From: Bacilli bacterium
GTDB lineage: Bacteria > Bacillota_I > Bacilli_A > RF39 > UBA660
Assembly: GCA_035392025.1 (NCBI GenBank)
Contig: DAOPMC010000001.1
Coordinates: 68-64,067 of the forward strand
Direction: 5' to 3'
Length of the DNA stretch: 64,000 nt
Part shown: positions 10,650 to 20,902 of the stretch, one piece after another
Layout: the number at the start of each line of letters is the position of its first letter
Position numbering within the stretch: the first letter of the stretch is position 1
Notes under the pieces: generated by a model
What the model was told of the DNA's origin: nothing
What the model saw: the letters and a program-made list of their open reading frames with translations, nothing else
The model's database searches: none
Position numbers and translations under genes: made by a program

Positions 10650-12302
10650 TTAATTGTGGAAAAATCCACCACCAATAAATTCCTTTAATATTGCATCATC
10701 TGGTACATATCTATCCGGTATTACTAAAAATATTTTTAATAAATTCATAAGCCTTTTGGCATCATCATAATGTTTTGAATCAGGTGACACAGTATATAAG
10801 AGTGATTCTGCAAACATCTTTAATACACCCATTTCGTATAACATTGCAGTATTTAATACATAATCTGCCTCATCCTGATATGGAAAAACATATTCCTCTT
10901 CTCCTGCTCTTACCTCCCCCCACATATCAAATACTTGATCAACACTATATCCTCTAGTTCTATGATCTCTAACCATCCTTCTCAAAAATCTATTATCAGA
11001 AGATGATAATCTATTATATTTATCAATATTCAAATTTGTTAAAGGACACACATATATCTTAAATTTTTTATTTCGAGGAATAGATTTAGTAAGTTCTTCA
11101 TTGAGACAATGTAACCCTTCTATAATCATTACATCATTTTCATGAAGTTTTAAATTTTTCTCAAATGATTTTGTTCCAGTTACAAAATTAAATGTTGGCA
11201 CTGTAACTTCTTCTCCAGCAAGCAACTGATTCATCTGCTTATTAAATAATTCCAAATCTACCGCTCTTAATGCCTCAAAATCATATTTACCGTTTTCTTT
11301 TTTAGGTGTTTCTTCTCTTTCAACAAAATAATCATCAAGAGAAATCACAACTGGATTTACACCAAACGTTTTAAGATAAAGTGACAGTTTTCTTGCAGAT
11401 GTTGTTTTCCCTGATGATGATGGTCCTGCTATTAAAATCATTTTAATCTTATCTTTTTCACGATTAATTTTTTTGGCTAAACCTAATAGTTTACTGTCAT
11501 AAGTAAGTTCATTCATACGAATTACATCTTGTATCTTGTCATCCATAATAAGTTTATTGACATCTGCAACATATCTAATGTTGAGCATATTACCCCATTC
11601 TTTTAGGTCATCAAATGCTTCAAACATCTTCTCATGATGAACATACTCAGGTACTTTACCATCTAAATAACTTACCGGCGTTTGCAAAATAAATACTCTA
11701 TCTCGCATTAATTGCAATCTAAATTTTGTAAATACACTAGTATTTATAGGCATTTTGCTGTAAAAATATTCATTTAATCCGCCAAGTTTATATATATTTA
11801 TATATGTGTTCGTATTATATAAAAGAGAATCAGCTTTAACTTCGTTGCCTTTTGATTTATAATATTCGATTGCTTCTTTTCGCTTGACAACTATTTTATC
11901 TATTGGTAGGTTAGCTTTGACTACTTCATTCATTTTATCAGTTATTTTTTTTAATCCTTCTTCATCAACATCAAAATTAGTCTCAACATATAATCCTTTA
12001 TCAATTGCATGACTAATCTCTATATCCTTGTCTTCCCCAAAACACTCTTTAATAGCATATACTAAAAGATAGATAAGCCCCTTTTGATAAACTCTATTAC
12101 CTATCCGTCCAGAGCAATCATAAAATTCAACAATACTATCTTTTTCTATCTTATTATTTAATTCCATTAAATCATTATTAACTCTTGCAACTAAAATTGG
12201 ATATTTAAAATCTCCTTTAAAATCTTGTGCAATATCAATAAGCCTAATACCACTATCGTAGGCATATTTTTTACCATTATATTCAATATTTATTTTTGCC
12301 AT
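10650..12302 (-). CDS. Fusion protein: ThrRS-like N-terminal (TGS/second-additional-domain-like) region plus uridine-kinase/PRK-family P-loop nucleoside kinase domain
   Basis: The N-terminal about 250 aa resemble the threonyl-tRNA synthetase N-terminal region; the C-terminal domain has IAGPSSSGKTT Walker A and a DDYF-type uridine kinase family signature. Confidence 0.55.
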   Translation of the reverse strand: MAKINIEYNGKKYAYDSGIRLIDIAQDFKGDFKYPILVARVNNDLMELNNKIEKDSIVEFYDCSGRIGNRVYQKGLIYLLVYAIKECFGEDKDIEISHAIDKGLYVETNFDVDEEGLKKITDKMNEVVKANLPIDKIVVKRKEAIEYYKSKGNEVKADSLLYNTNTYINIYKLGGLNEYFYSKMPINTSVFTKFRLQLMRDRVFILQTPVSYLDGKVPEYVHHEKMFEAFDDLKEWGNMLNIRYVADVNKLIMDDKIQDVIRMNELTYDSKLLGLAKKINREKDKIKMILIAGPSSSGKTTSARKLSLYLKTFGVNPVVISLDDYFVEREETPKKENGKYDFEALRAVDLELFNKQMNQLLAGEEVTVPTFNFVTGTKSFEKNLKLHENDVMIIEGLHCLNEELTKSIPRNKKFKIYVCPLTNLNIDKYNRLSSSDNRFLRRMVRDHRTRGYSVDQVFDMWGEVRAGEEEYVFPYQDEADYVLNTAMLYEMGVLKMFAESLLYTVSPDSKHYDDAKRLMNLLKIFLVIPDRYVPDDAILKEFIGGGFFHN

Positions 12303-12408
12303 AATACCACACCTTTATTCTCTTACTATTTATATAATATCATATTTTGGGGATTTTTAATATGAATATTTATTGTTTTTTTATCTAATATAATTATAGG
12401 TGATAACA

Positions 12409-12978
12409 ATGAATTTAGTACCAGTAGTTGTCGAAAAAGAAACAGATTTTGAAAGAACTTATGATATATATTCCAGATTATTAAAAGATAGAATCATTAT
12501 TTTAAGTGGTGAAATAACAGATAATAGTGCCAATTGCATAGTAGCACAGCTTTTATATTTAGATTCTTTAGATCATAATGATATTAATCTATATATCAAT
12601 TCCCCTGGAGGATCAATTACCGCAGGCATGGCAATATATGACACTATGAATTTTATTAAAAGCGATGTGTCAACAACTTGCATTGGTATGTCTGCCTCTA
12701 TGGCAGCATTTCTATTATCAAGTGGTCAAAAAGACAAAAGATATATTCTTCCTAATGCTGAAGTTATGATTCATCAACCATTAGGCGGCGCAACAGGTCA
12801 GGCTACTGAAATAAAAATAGCAGCCGAACGAATTATAAAATTAAAAGAAAAAATTAATAATATTCTTTCAAATAATACTAATCAAACACTAGAAAAAATA
12901 GAGAGTGATACCGAAAGAGATTATTTTTTAGATGCAAAAGAAGCAAAAGAATATGGTATTATTGATAAAATATTATAA
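12409..12978 (+). CDS. clpP: ATP-dependent Clp protease proteolytic subunit
   Basis: Near-identical conserved core ([18 protein letters not shown], catalytic S/H/D). Start set at ATG 12409 (MNLVP...) with an AGGTGA RBS; the GTG at 12400 given by the ORF track is probably read-through. Confidence 0.9.
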   Translation: MNLVPVVVEKETDFERTYDIYSRLLKDRIIILSGEITDNSANCIVAQLLYLDSLDHNDINLYINSPGGSITAGMAIYDTMNFIKSDVSTTCIGMSASMAAFLLSSGQKDKRYILPNAEVMIHQPLGGATGQATEIKIAAERIIKLKEKINNILSNNTNQTLEKIESDTERDYFLDAKEAKEYGIIDKIL

Positions 12979-13004
12979 TTTGTTATAATATAGTTGGTGA
13001 TTTT

Positions 13005-13922
13005 ATGAAAAAATGTGCAATTATATGCAATTTGCATAGTGGCCGAGGTATAAAACAAGAAACTATCAGTAAATTAATTGTAATTTTAAATAACTCAGGA
13101 TATGAAGCAACTACTTATATTACTCAAAAAGAGCAAGATGCTATTCACATGGTAGAAAACTTACCACATGTAGACTTGGTTATATCTATGGGTGGAGATG
13201 GTACATTTAGTGAAGTTATTACCGGTAATTTTAAACGGGAAGATCAGTTAACACTCACTCACATACCAATTGGTACCGCTAATGATATAGGTGCTATGTT
13301 TGGGTTAAGAAAAAATAATCCTGTTAACAATTTAAATGAAATTTTAGCAGGTGAAATTAAAAATTTAGATATTTGTTTCATTAACGGCCAACCCTTTGCA
13401 TATGTTGCTGGATTTGGTAAATATATTCAAATATCATGTGATACACCCAAAAAATATAAAAAAATATTTGGCTATCTTGCATACGCAGCACAAGGAGTAA
13501 TAGAATTTTTTAAACCAACCAAATTATATGAATTAGAATATACCGTTAACGGAGAAACATATAAAGGTTTATTTTCTATAATATTAGTATCAAATGCTAA
13601 CAGTATTGCAGGATTTAATAATATCTATAAAAATATTAAGCTCGATGATAAAAAGTTTGAAGTAATGTTTTGCTCAATTAATAAGAGAAAAAATATAATA
13701 AGAAGTTTTTATTTTTTAAAAACAACTGATATTCATAATGTACCAGGAATATATTTCCATCAAACAAATAAATTAGAAATTAAATTTAAAGAAAAGCCTA
13801 AAAAATATTGGACCATTGATGGAGAGAAGTTTAAACCAAATAGTAAGATAATTACATTTGATACTAAATACAGTATTAAAATGTTAGTTCCAACTAAAAA
13901 TATTAAAAATTTATTCAAATAA
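13005..13922 (+). CDS. Diacylglycerol kinase / YegS-like lipid kinase
   Basis: DAGK_cat motif MGGDGTFSEV and typical length of about 300 aa. Confidence 0.75.
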   Translation: MKKCAIICNLHSGRGIKQETISKLIVILNNSGYEATTYITQKEQDAIHMVENLPHVDLVISMGGDGTFSEVITGNFKREDQLTLTHIPIGTANDIGAMFGLRKNNPVNNLNEILAGEIKNLDICFINGQPFAYVAGFGKYIQISCDTPKKYKKIFGYLAYAAQGVIEFFKPTKLYELEYTVNGETYKGLFSIILVSNANSIAGFNNIYKNIKLDDKKFEVMFCSINKRKNIIRSFYFLKTTDIHNVPGIYFHQTNKLEIKFKEKPKKYWTIDGEKFKPNSKIITFDTKYSIKMLVPTKNIKNLFK

Positions 13923-13925
13923 ACA

Positions 13926-13958
13926 AAAAATCTAGGAATTTCCTAGATTTATTTTTAT
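13926..13958. terminator. Bidirectional Rho-independent terminator
   Basis: Hairpin AAATCTAGG-AATT-CCTAGATTT with A-run upstream and T-run downstream. Confidence 0.6.
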
Positions 13959-14572
13959 CTTGTTGGGCCTTCTTGAGATTGATTACGTACTTGCTCAACT
14001 GCATCTACAAGAAGAGATGGATTTTTAAAAATTTCATTCACCTGTTCCAAAGGTGACTTTCCTGGATCTAATTCAACAGTAGCTGTCACATCGGGTGCTA
14101 TGGCAAGCGCCTGAAATGTAGGTTTAACACCTTCGTGTGCCTGTTTATATTTGTCTAAATATTCACATGCTTCTTGATCATAAAAGCAAACTTGTATTTT
14201 ACCACTTTCATCAACTCTTGGCATATAGATCCCATCTGCTGTTTTTATTTTCCCATAAACTCTAGACGGCGTAACGCTATCATCAACTGTCTTACCAAGC
14301 AAATTAAACACGACTGATATTACAGCATTATCTGGGGCTCCTGATTTTACAACAATGTTGATGTCGTCGTGAAAAAACCAAATTGAATATATTCTTTCAC
14401 CGTCATTATATTCGAAAAAAGTTTTACTTGGACGTTCTAAATTACCCGGTTTTGCAGGTAAATCCTTAAACAATTCTCTTATTGATCTACTATATAATTC
14501 TTTTTGATCTTTAAAATACAAAGAACAGTTATCCGTTCGTTGCAAAAAATCTTCAGCTATATCATACTTCAT
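13955..14572 (-). CDS. Hypothetical protein (compositionally atypical, GC-richer)
   Basis: 205-aa ORF downstream of tuf; no recognised motif; visibly higher GC than neighbouring accessory genes. Confidence 0.45.
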   Translation of the reverse strand: MKYDIAEDFLQRTDNCSLYFKDQKELYSRSIRELFKDLPAKPGNLERPSKTFFEYNDGERIYSIWFFHDDINIVVKSGAPDNAVISVVFNLLGKTVDDSVTPSRVYGKIKTADGIYMPRVDESGKIQVCFYDQEACEYLDKYKQAHEGVKPTFQALAIAPDVTATVELDPGKSPLEQVNEIFKNPSLLVDAVEQVRNQSQEGPTR

Positions 14573-14643
14573 ATATATACCTCCTTTCTACCGTCATTAT
14601 ATATATATGTCAAGTATATCAAGCAAAGTTTACATTACTTGAC

Positions 14644-14672
14644 ACAAAAAAAGATCTCAGTGAGATCTAATT
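14644..14672 (-). terminator. Rho-independent terminator downstream of tuf
   Basis: Perfect 8-bp hairpin AGATCTCA-G-TGAGATCT followed on the minus strand by an 8-T run. Confidence 0.55.
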
Positions 14673-14676
14673 TTAA

Positions 14677-15861
14677 TTATTTAATAATTTCTGAAACTAC
14701 ACCAGCACCAACTGTTCTTCCACCTTCACGGATTGAGAACTTAGTACCTTGTTCAATTGCAATTGGGTGAATTAATTCAACAGTCATTGCAACATCATCA
14801 CCTGGCATAACCATTTCAACACCTTGAGGTAACTCAATAATACCAGTTACATCAGTAGTTCTGAAATAGAATTGTGGACGATAGTTTGCAAAGAATGGAG
14901 TATGTCTTCCGCCTTCTTCTTTTGATAGAACATATACTTGTGCTTTAAACTTATTATGTGGTGTAACAGATCCTGGTTTAGCAAGAACTTGTCCTCTTTC
15001 AACCTCTTCACGAGAAATACCACGTAATAATACACCAGCATTATCTCCTGCTTCAGCATAATCAAGTGACTTCTTGAACATTTCAATACCTGTAACAACA
15101 GTTTTCTTAGTTGGTTTAATACCAATAATTTCAACTTCGTCATTAAGTTTTAATTGTCCTCTTTCAACACGACCTGTAACAACTGTTCCACGTCCAGTGA
15201 TTGTAAATACATCCTCAATACTCATTAAGAATGGTTTAGCATTGTCTCTTTCTGGAGTTGGAATCCATTCATCAACAGCATCCATTAATTCATTAATTTT
15301 TTCAACATAAGCAGCATCTCCTTCAAGAGCCTTTAATGCTGAACCACGAATAATTGGAGTATCATTGCCTTCAAATCCATATTCGTTTAACAAATCACGA
15401 ACTTCCATTTCTACTAAGTCTAATAACTCTTCATCATCAACCATATCACATTTATTTAGGAATACTACCATTCTTGGTACTCCAACTTGACGTGATAATA
15501 GAATATGTTCACGAGTTTGTGCCATAGGCCCGTCAGTTGCTGCAATAACTAAGATTGCTCCATCCATTTGAGCTGCACCTGTAATCATATTTTTTACATA
15601 GTCAGCATGTCCTGGACAGTCAACGTGAGCATAATGACGCTTATCTGTTTCATATTCAACGTGTGATGTATTAATAGTAATCCCACGTTCCCTTTCTTCT
15701 GGAGCCTTGTCAATATTTGCATAATCAGTAAATTGTGCATGTCCTTTTTCTGATAATACTTTTGTAATAGCTGCTGTTAAAGTTGTTTTACCATGGTCTA
15801 CGTGACCAATTGTACCAACATTAACATGTGGCTTATTACGATTAAATTTTTCTTTAGCCAT
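14677..15861 (-). CDS. tuf: Elongation factor Tu
   Basis: [22 protein letters not shown] GTPase motifs; 394 aa. Confidence 0.95.
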   Translation of the reverse strand: MAKEKFNRNKPHVNVGTIGHVDHGKTTLTAAITKVLSEKGHAQFTDYANIDKAPEERERGITINTSHVEYETDKRHYAHVDCPGHADYVKNMITGAAQMDGAILVIAATDGPMAQTREHILLSRQVGVPRMVVFLNKCDMVDDEELLDLVEMEVRDLLNEYGFEGNDTPIIRGSALKALEGDAAYVEKINELMDAVDEWIPTPERDNAKPFLMSIEDVFTITGRGTVVTGRVERGQLKLNDEVEIIGIKPTKKTVVTGIEMFKKSLDYAEAGDNAGVLLRGISREEVERGQVLAKPGSVTPHNKFKAQVYVLSKEEGGRHTPFFANYRPQFYFRTTDVTGIIELPQGVEMVMPGDDVAMTVELIHPIAIEQGTKFSIREGGRTVGAGVVSEIIK

Positions 15862-15939
15862 TTTATTTCCTCCTTTTTTTATTTACTATATTATTTTATC
15901 TAACAATTGAAGATTTTTCAACTGTTTAGGCTAATTTTC

Positions 15940-18009
15940 TTAATTGCCGCTTCTTTTAATAATTTCTTCAGCAATTGATTTTGGAACTTCTTCATAATGA
16001 TCTGGTACCATTTGGAATGTTCCTCTTCCTTGAGTATTTGATCTAATGCATGTTGCATAACCAAACATCTCTGATAATGGAACCATTGCTGCAAATGCAA
16101 TTGCATTGCCACGTGATTCTTGTGATAGTGGTCTACCACGTCTTCCAGTAATATCTCCCATAACTGTTCCAAAGTTTTCTTCAGGAACAACTATGTCAAC
16201 TTTCATAATTGGTTCAAGTAATACTGGTTGACATTTATTTTTAGCTTCCTTCAAAGCCATAGATGCTGCAATTTTAAATGCCATTTCTGATGAGTCAACA
16301 TCATGATATGATCCATCAAATAATGTTGCTTTTACATCTATCATTGGGTATCCTGCTAAGACACCGGTTTGTAATGCTTCTTGCAATCCTTTATCGACTA
16401 CCGGAATATACTCTCTTGGTACTATTCCACCTACAATTGCATCTACAAACTCATAACCCTTATCAGGATTTGGTTCAAATTTAACCCATACGTGACCATA
16501 TTGTCCGCGGCCACCAGACTGTTTAATATATTTACCTTCACAATCTGCTGAACCTTTAATAGTTTCACGATATGCAACCTGTGGCTTACCAACATTAGCA
16601 TCTACACTAAACTCTCTTCTCATTCTATCAACTAAGACATCTAAGTGTAATTCTCCAATACCTGCAATAATTGTTTGTCCTGTTTCAGTATCAGTATGTA
16701 CTTTAAATGTTGGATCTTCTTCTGCAAGTTTTTGAAGTGCAATTGCCATCTTATCTTGATCTGCTTTTGATTTTGGTTCAATTGCAAGTTCAATAACTGG
16801 TTCTGGTACAACAATTGTCTCAAGGACAATTGGCTTTTTCTCATCACATAATGTATCTCCAGTACCAGTATTTTTAAGTCCTACTGCTGCTGCAATATCG
16901 CCAGTCCATACCTCAGATATTTCAGTACGATCATTAGCATGCATTTGAAGAATACGACCAATTCTCTCTTTAACATCTTTTGTAGAGTTTAGAACATAAC
17001 TACCAGCTGATAGATGCCCTGAATATACTCTAAAGAATGTAAGTCTTCCAACAAATGGATCAGTCATAACTTTAAACGCTAATGCACTAAATGGTTCATT
17101 ATCTGATACATCTCTTACATCTTCATCACCATTTAACTTTGTTCCTTTTACTGATGGAACATCAATTGGCGATGGTAAATAATCTATGACCGCATCAAGT
17201 AATGCCCTGACACCTTTATTGCTAAGTGCATCTCCACACATTACTGGGAAAAATTTAGCTTGAAGAACTCCATTTCTAATTGCCTTTTTAATAAGTTCAA
17301 CTGAAACTTCTTCTCCCTCAAGATATTTTTCCATTAATTCATCATCAAATTCTGCTATTGCTTCTAATAAATCATTATGCTTTTCCTCACAAAGATCTTT
17401 TAAATCTGATGGAACTTCAATTTCAGTAAGATTCTCTTGCTCAGTTGCATCAAATTCATAAGCTTTCTTAGTAACAATATCAACATATCCTGTAAAATTA
17501 TTTTCTGCTCCTATTGGCCACTCTATTGGTTTTGCATTAACTGCAAATCTTGAATCAATAGATTTTAAACTATATTGGAAATCTGCTCCCATTTTAGTCA
17601 TTTTGTTTGCAAAAATAATTCTTGGAACATGATATTCACTAGCTTGTCTCCAAACTGTTTCAGTCTGTGGTTCTACACCAGCTTGTACATCTATTAATGT
17701 TACAGCTCCATCTAGAACTCTTAAACTTCTTTGAACTTCAACAGTAAAATCTACGTGCCCTGGGGTATCAATTATATTATAACGATATCCTTTCCAAAAA
17801 GCTGTTGTTGCTGCCGAAGTAATGGTAATACCTCTTTCTTTTTCCTGCTCCATCCAATCCATTTGGGAAGCTCCATCATGAGTTTCACCAATTTTATGAA
17901 TTTTCTTAGTTAAGAATAAAATACGTTCAGTACAAGTAGTCTTACCGGCATCAATATGTGCCATAATACCAAAATTTCTAGTTTTGTCTAGTGATGTTTC
18001 TCTTGCCAT
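15940..18009 (-). CDS. fusA: Elongation factor G
   Basis: [17 protein letters not shown] motifs; 689 aa; str-operon position. Confidence 0.95.
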   Translation of the reverse strand: MARETSLDKTRNFGIMAHIDAGKTTCTERILFLTKKIHKIGETHDGASQMDWMEQEKERGITITSAATTAFWKGYRYNIIDTPGHVDFTVEVQRSLRVLDGAVTLIDVQAGVEPQTETVWRQASEYHVPRIIFANKMTKMGADFQYSLKSIDSRFAVNAKPIEWPIGAENNFTGYVDIVTKKAYEFDATEQENLTEIEVPSDLKDLCEEKHNDLLEAIAEFDDELMEKYLEGEEVSVELIKKAIRNGVLQAKFFPVMCGDALSNKGVRALLDAVIDYLPSPIDVPSVKGTKLNGDEDVRDVSDNEPFSALAFKVMTDPFVGRLTFFRVYSGHLSAGSYVLNSTKDVKERIGRILQMHANDRTEISEVWTGDIAAAVGLKNTGTGDTLCDEKKPIVLETIVVPEPVIELAIEPKSKADQDKMAIALQKLAEEDPTFKVHTDTETGQTIIAGIGELHLDVLVDRMRREFSVDANVGKPQVAYRETIKGSADCEGKYIKQSGGRGQYGHVWVKFEPNPDKGYEFVDAIVGGIVPREYIPVVDKGLQEALQTGVLAGYPMIDVKATLFDGSYHDVDSSEMAFKIAASMALKEAKNKCQPVLLEPIMKVDIVVPEENFGTVMGDITGRRGRPLSQESRGNAIAFAAMVPLSEMFGYATCIRSNTQGRGTFQMVPDHYEEVPKSIAEEIIKRSGN

Positions 18010-18025
18010 ATTATTTTACTCCCTT

Positions 18026-18493
18026 CTACCATCTATAATGTGCAAATGCTTTATTAGCCTCTGCCATTCTATGAGTTTCTTCTCTTTTCTTAACTGCTGC
18101 TCCTGTATTATTTGAAGCATCAATTATCTCATTTGCAAGATTCTCTGCCATACCACGGCCACCTCTTAATCTTGCATAGTTTATTAACCATCTAAGTGCC
18201 AATGCTTGACTTCTATCGTCATTAATTTCAATTGGTACTGGATAGTTAGCTCCACCAACACGACGAGTTTTAACTTCAAGCGCTGGTTTAATATTTTCAA
18301 GTGCTTTGTCGAAAACTTCCATTGGATTTTGTTCAGTTTTCTTCTTTATTAGTTCAAAAGCATCATAAAGTATGGTTTGTGATTTACCACGTTTGCCATC
18401 TAACATCATGCTATTAACTAATTTAGTAATGATTTTTGAATTATATATTGGATCTGGTAAAACATCTCTTTTTACCGCACGTCTTTTACGCAT
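18026..18493 (-). CDS. rpsG: 30S ribosomal protein S7
   Basis: 155 aa; conserved S7 sequence; operon position. Confidence 0.95.
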   Translation of the reverse strand: MRKRRAVKRDVLPDPIYNSKIITKLVNSMMLDGKRGKSQTILYDAFELIKKKTEQNPMEVFDKALENIKPALEVKTRRVGGANYPVPIEINDDRSQALALRWLINYARLRGGRGMAENLANEIIDASNNTGAAVKKREETHRMAEANKAFAHYRW

Positions 18494-18520
18494 ATTTATC
18501 CTCCTTCCGTTATTTTATTA

Positions 18521-18931
18521 TTATTTAGCTCTTTTACTTCCGTATTTTGAACGCCCTTGTTTTCTGTCCTTAACTCCTTGTGTGTCCATAGTTCCACGAA
18601 CTATATGATAACGAACACCAATTAAGTCTTTAACACGTCCTCCACGTAATAATACTACACTATGTTCTTGTAGATTATGTCCTTCACCAGGAATATATGC
18701 ATCTACTTCTTTTCCGTTGCTTAGACGAACACGTGCATATTTTCTTAATGCAGAGTTTGGTTTTTTGGGATTTTTAGTTCCTACACGCACACACACTCCA
18801 CGTTTTTGTGGTGAAGAATGATCAACATTAACTCTTTTAATAGTGTTTAGACGAGTTTGTAAAACTGGTGCTTTACTCTTTCTAACTTTGTTAGTTCTTT
18901 TCTTTCTTACAAGTTGATTTATTGTTGGCAT
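18521..18931 (-). CDS. rpsL: 30S ribosomal protein S12
   Basis: 136 aa; PTINQLVRK...KKPNSALRK hallmark. Confidence 0.95.
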   Translation of the reverse strand: MPTINQLVRKKRTNKVRKSKAPVLQTRLNTIKRVNVDHSSPQKRGVCVRVGTKNPKKPNSALRKYARVRLSNGKEVDAYIPGEGHNLQEHSVVLLRGGRVKDLIGVRYHIVRGTMDTQGVKDRKQGRSKYGSKRAK

Positions 18932-19026
18932 AATTGCTCCTTTCTATACACATACCCAGGTGTATCTTTTTTGTAATTTTATTAAGGTCTCTAAAAAGAA
19001 ACCTTTCAATAAAAACAAACATTGAT

Positions 19027-19055
19027 AATATAACATCATATTATATGATTGTCAA
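19027..19055 (-). promoter_or_regulatory. Candidate sigma-A promoter of the str operon
   Basis: Minus-strand TTGACA (19055-19050), 17-nt spacer, TATATT (19032-19027), about 95 nt upstream of the rpsL start. Confidence 0.35.
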
Positions 19056-19186
19056 TAATTTTAATGCTTAAAATATTAATTTTGACTGCCAATAGACAAA
19101 TAAAAGCATGAGTACTAAAACTCCTAAAAGTATTAAAAATACATTTAATCCCCAACCACGATTATTTAACTTCATAAAACCACCTA

Positions 19187-20095
19187 TTATTTTAAACTTC
19201 TCATGCACGATATTGCCGCAAGTGCTCCATCAGATGCTGCTGTTACAATTTGAAATGCATCTTTATAAACTATATCGCCTGCTGCATATATTCCTTTTAT
19301 GTTTGTTTGCATGCCTTTATCTACTATAATATACCCTTTTTCATCTAAAATATCAAAGTTTTTTACTAATTCGTTTGCTGGTTTGTAGCCAATGAAGGTA
19401 AAGCATCCAGAAACAACAATATTTCTGATACTGCCTTCTTCATCTATATCAATTGATGATAGTCTGTCATTTTCTTCATTAAATTTGATTATTTGGGCAT
19501 TATATATTACTTCAATGTTATCTTTTTCTTTAATTTTTGATACTAACATCTTTTCACCACGAAGAACATCTCTTCTATGAATTATATAAACTTTCCTACA
19601 TAAGTTTGCTAAATAAAGTGATTCTTCTAAAGCACTATTCCCCCCACCTACTACGCAAACATCTTTATCTTTATATAACGCTCCATCGCAAACAGCGCAA
19701 TAGCTGATTCCTCTTCCAGTTAATCTATCAACATTATCTAGTTCAAGTTTAATTGGGCCTCTTCCCATACATAATATAATAGATTGGCAAGTTATTTCAC
19801 CATCAGTTGTAACCAATACTTTTTTATCTTCTAAACTTTTTATTTCTTTAATTTCTGTACTTCTAAATGGAATATTTAAACTCATTACTTGTTCATACAT
19901 ACTAAATGCCAAATCAACACCTGCTGTTTTTTTTATACCAGGATAATTTTCAATATCAGATGATAAATTAATTAGTCCTCCTGGCGTACCTTTTTCGGCA
20001 ATACAAACATTGGCATTCCCTCTTTTTAAATATATAGCCGCTGTCATTCCCGCAACGCCTGCACCAACTACTACTACATCAAAATCTAATTTCAT
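19187..20095 (-). CDS. trxB: Thioredoxin-disulfide reductase
   Basis: FAD-binding GAGVAG N-terminus and CAVCDG redox-active disulfide. Confidence 0.85.
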   Translation of the reverse strand: MKLDFDVVVVGAGVAGMTAAIYLKRGNANVCIAEKGTPGGLINLSSDIENYPGIKKTAGVDLAFSMYEQVMSLNIPFRSTEIKEIKSLEDKKVLVTTDGEITCQSIILCMGRGPIKLELDNVDRLTGRGISYCAVCDGALYKDKDVCVVGGGNSALEESLYLANLCRKVYIIHRRDVLRGEKMLVSKIKEKDNIEVIYNAQIIKFNEENDRLSSIDIDEEGSIRNIVVSGCFTFIGYKPANELVKNFDILDEKGYIIVDKGMQTNIKGIYAAGDIVYKDAFQIVTAASDGALAAISCMRSLK

Positions 20096-20891
20096 CTTTT
20101 TCTACCTCATTGTACAAGCGATCAAATCTTGAACCTTTCCTTAATAATATGAACATTAATAATCCAACTATAAATAATATAATAGATATTAGCATAGCAA
20201 CTTTTATGCTTCCCAACATCAAACTATCCGTTCGAAGCATTTCTATAAAAAATCTACCAAATGAATACCACATCAGATAAAATCCTGTTATTTGTCCTGT
20301 TTTGCGATATTTATTTCTTTTTAAAATTAAAATTATTATAAATCCTATGATATTCCAAACAGATTCATATAAAAATGTTGGATGATAATAAACTCCATTA
20401 ATATACATTCCATCTATTATAAATTGTGGTATAGGAAGCTTTTGTAAAAATTCAAGAGACACTATACCCCCATGAGCTTCTCCATTAAAGAAATTACCCC
20501 ATCTTCCAATTGCTTGTGAAAATAGCATACCGGTTGCGGCAATATCAAGAATCTTCAAAGTTTTAACTTTATACTTTCTAGTATAGTACCAAATCCATAA
20601 GACTCCTGCAATAACGGCGCCATGAATAGCAAGTCCACCATTCCAAATTTTAAGTATTTCTACTGGATTCTTTAAATAATACTCTAGATTAAATAGTACA
20701 TAATATAATCTTGCACCAATTATTCCAAAAATAATTGTCCAAAACAACATATTTATAAAAAAATCCATTGAAATATTTTGTTTCTTTACTTCAATATATG
20801 CGATTGTTGCACCCGCTATTATTGCCAGTAACATACATATAGAATACCAATATATTTGAATAAATCCTAAATCAAGTGCTATGCCATCCAT
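20079..20891 (-). CDS. lgt: Prolipoprotein diacylglyceryl transferase
   Basis: Polytopic membrane protein with the Lgt signature GRWGNFFNGEAHG. Confidence 0.85.
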   Translation of the reverse strand: MDGIALDLGFIQIYWYSICMLLAIIAGATIAYIEVKKQNISMDFFINMLFWTIIFGIIGARLYYVLFNLEYYLKNPVEILKIWNGGLAIHGAVIAGVLWIWYYTRKYKVKTLKILDIAATGMLFSQAIGRWGNFFNGEAHGGIVSLEFLQKLPIPQFIIDGMYINGVYYHPTFLYESVWNIIGFIIILILKRNKYRKTGQITGFYLMWYSFGRFFIEMLRTDSLMLGSIKVAMLISIILFIVGLLMFILLRKGSRFDRLYNEVEKDEIRF

Positions 20892-20902
20892 TTAATCATC
20901 TC

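Noticed and set aside
14847-17913. Several 60-100-aa ORFs inside or antisense to tuf and fusA (e.g. 14847-15143, 15074-15310, 15918-16190, 16278-16484, 16641-16847, 17731-17913)
   Set aside because: Fully nested within highly conserved EF-Tu/EF-G coding sequence on other frames or strands; no independent signals.
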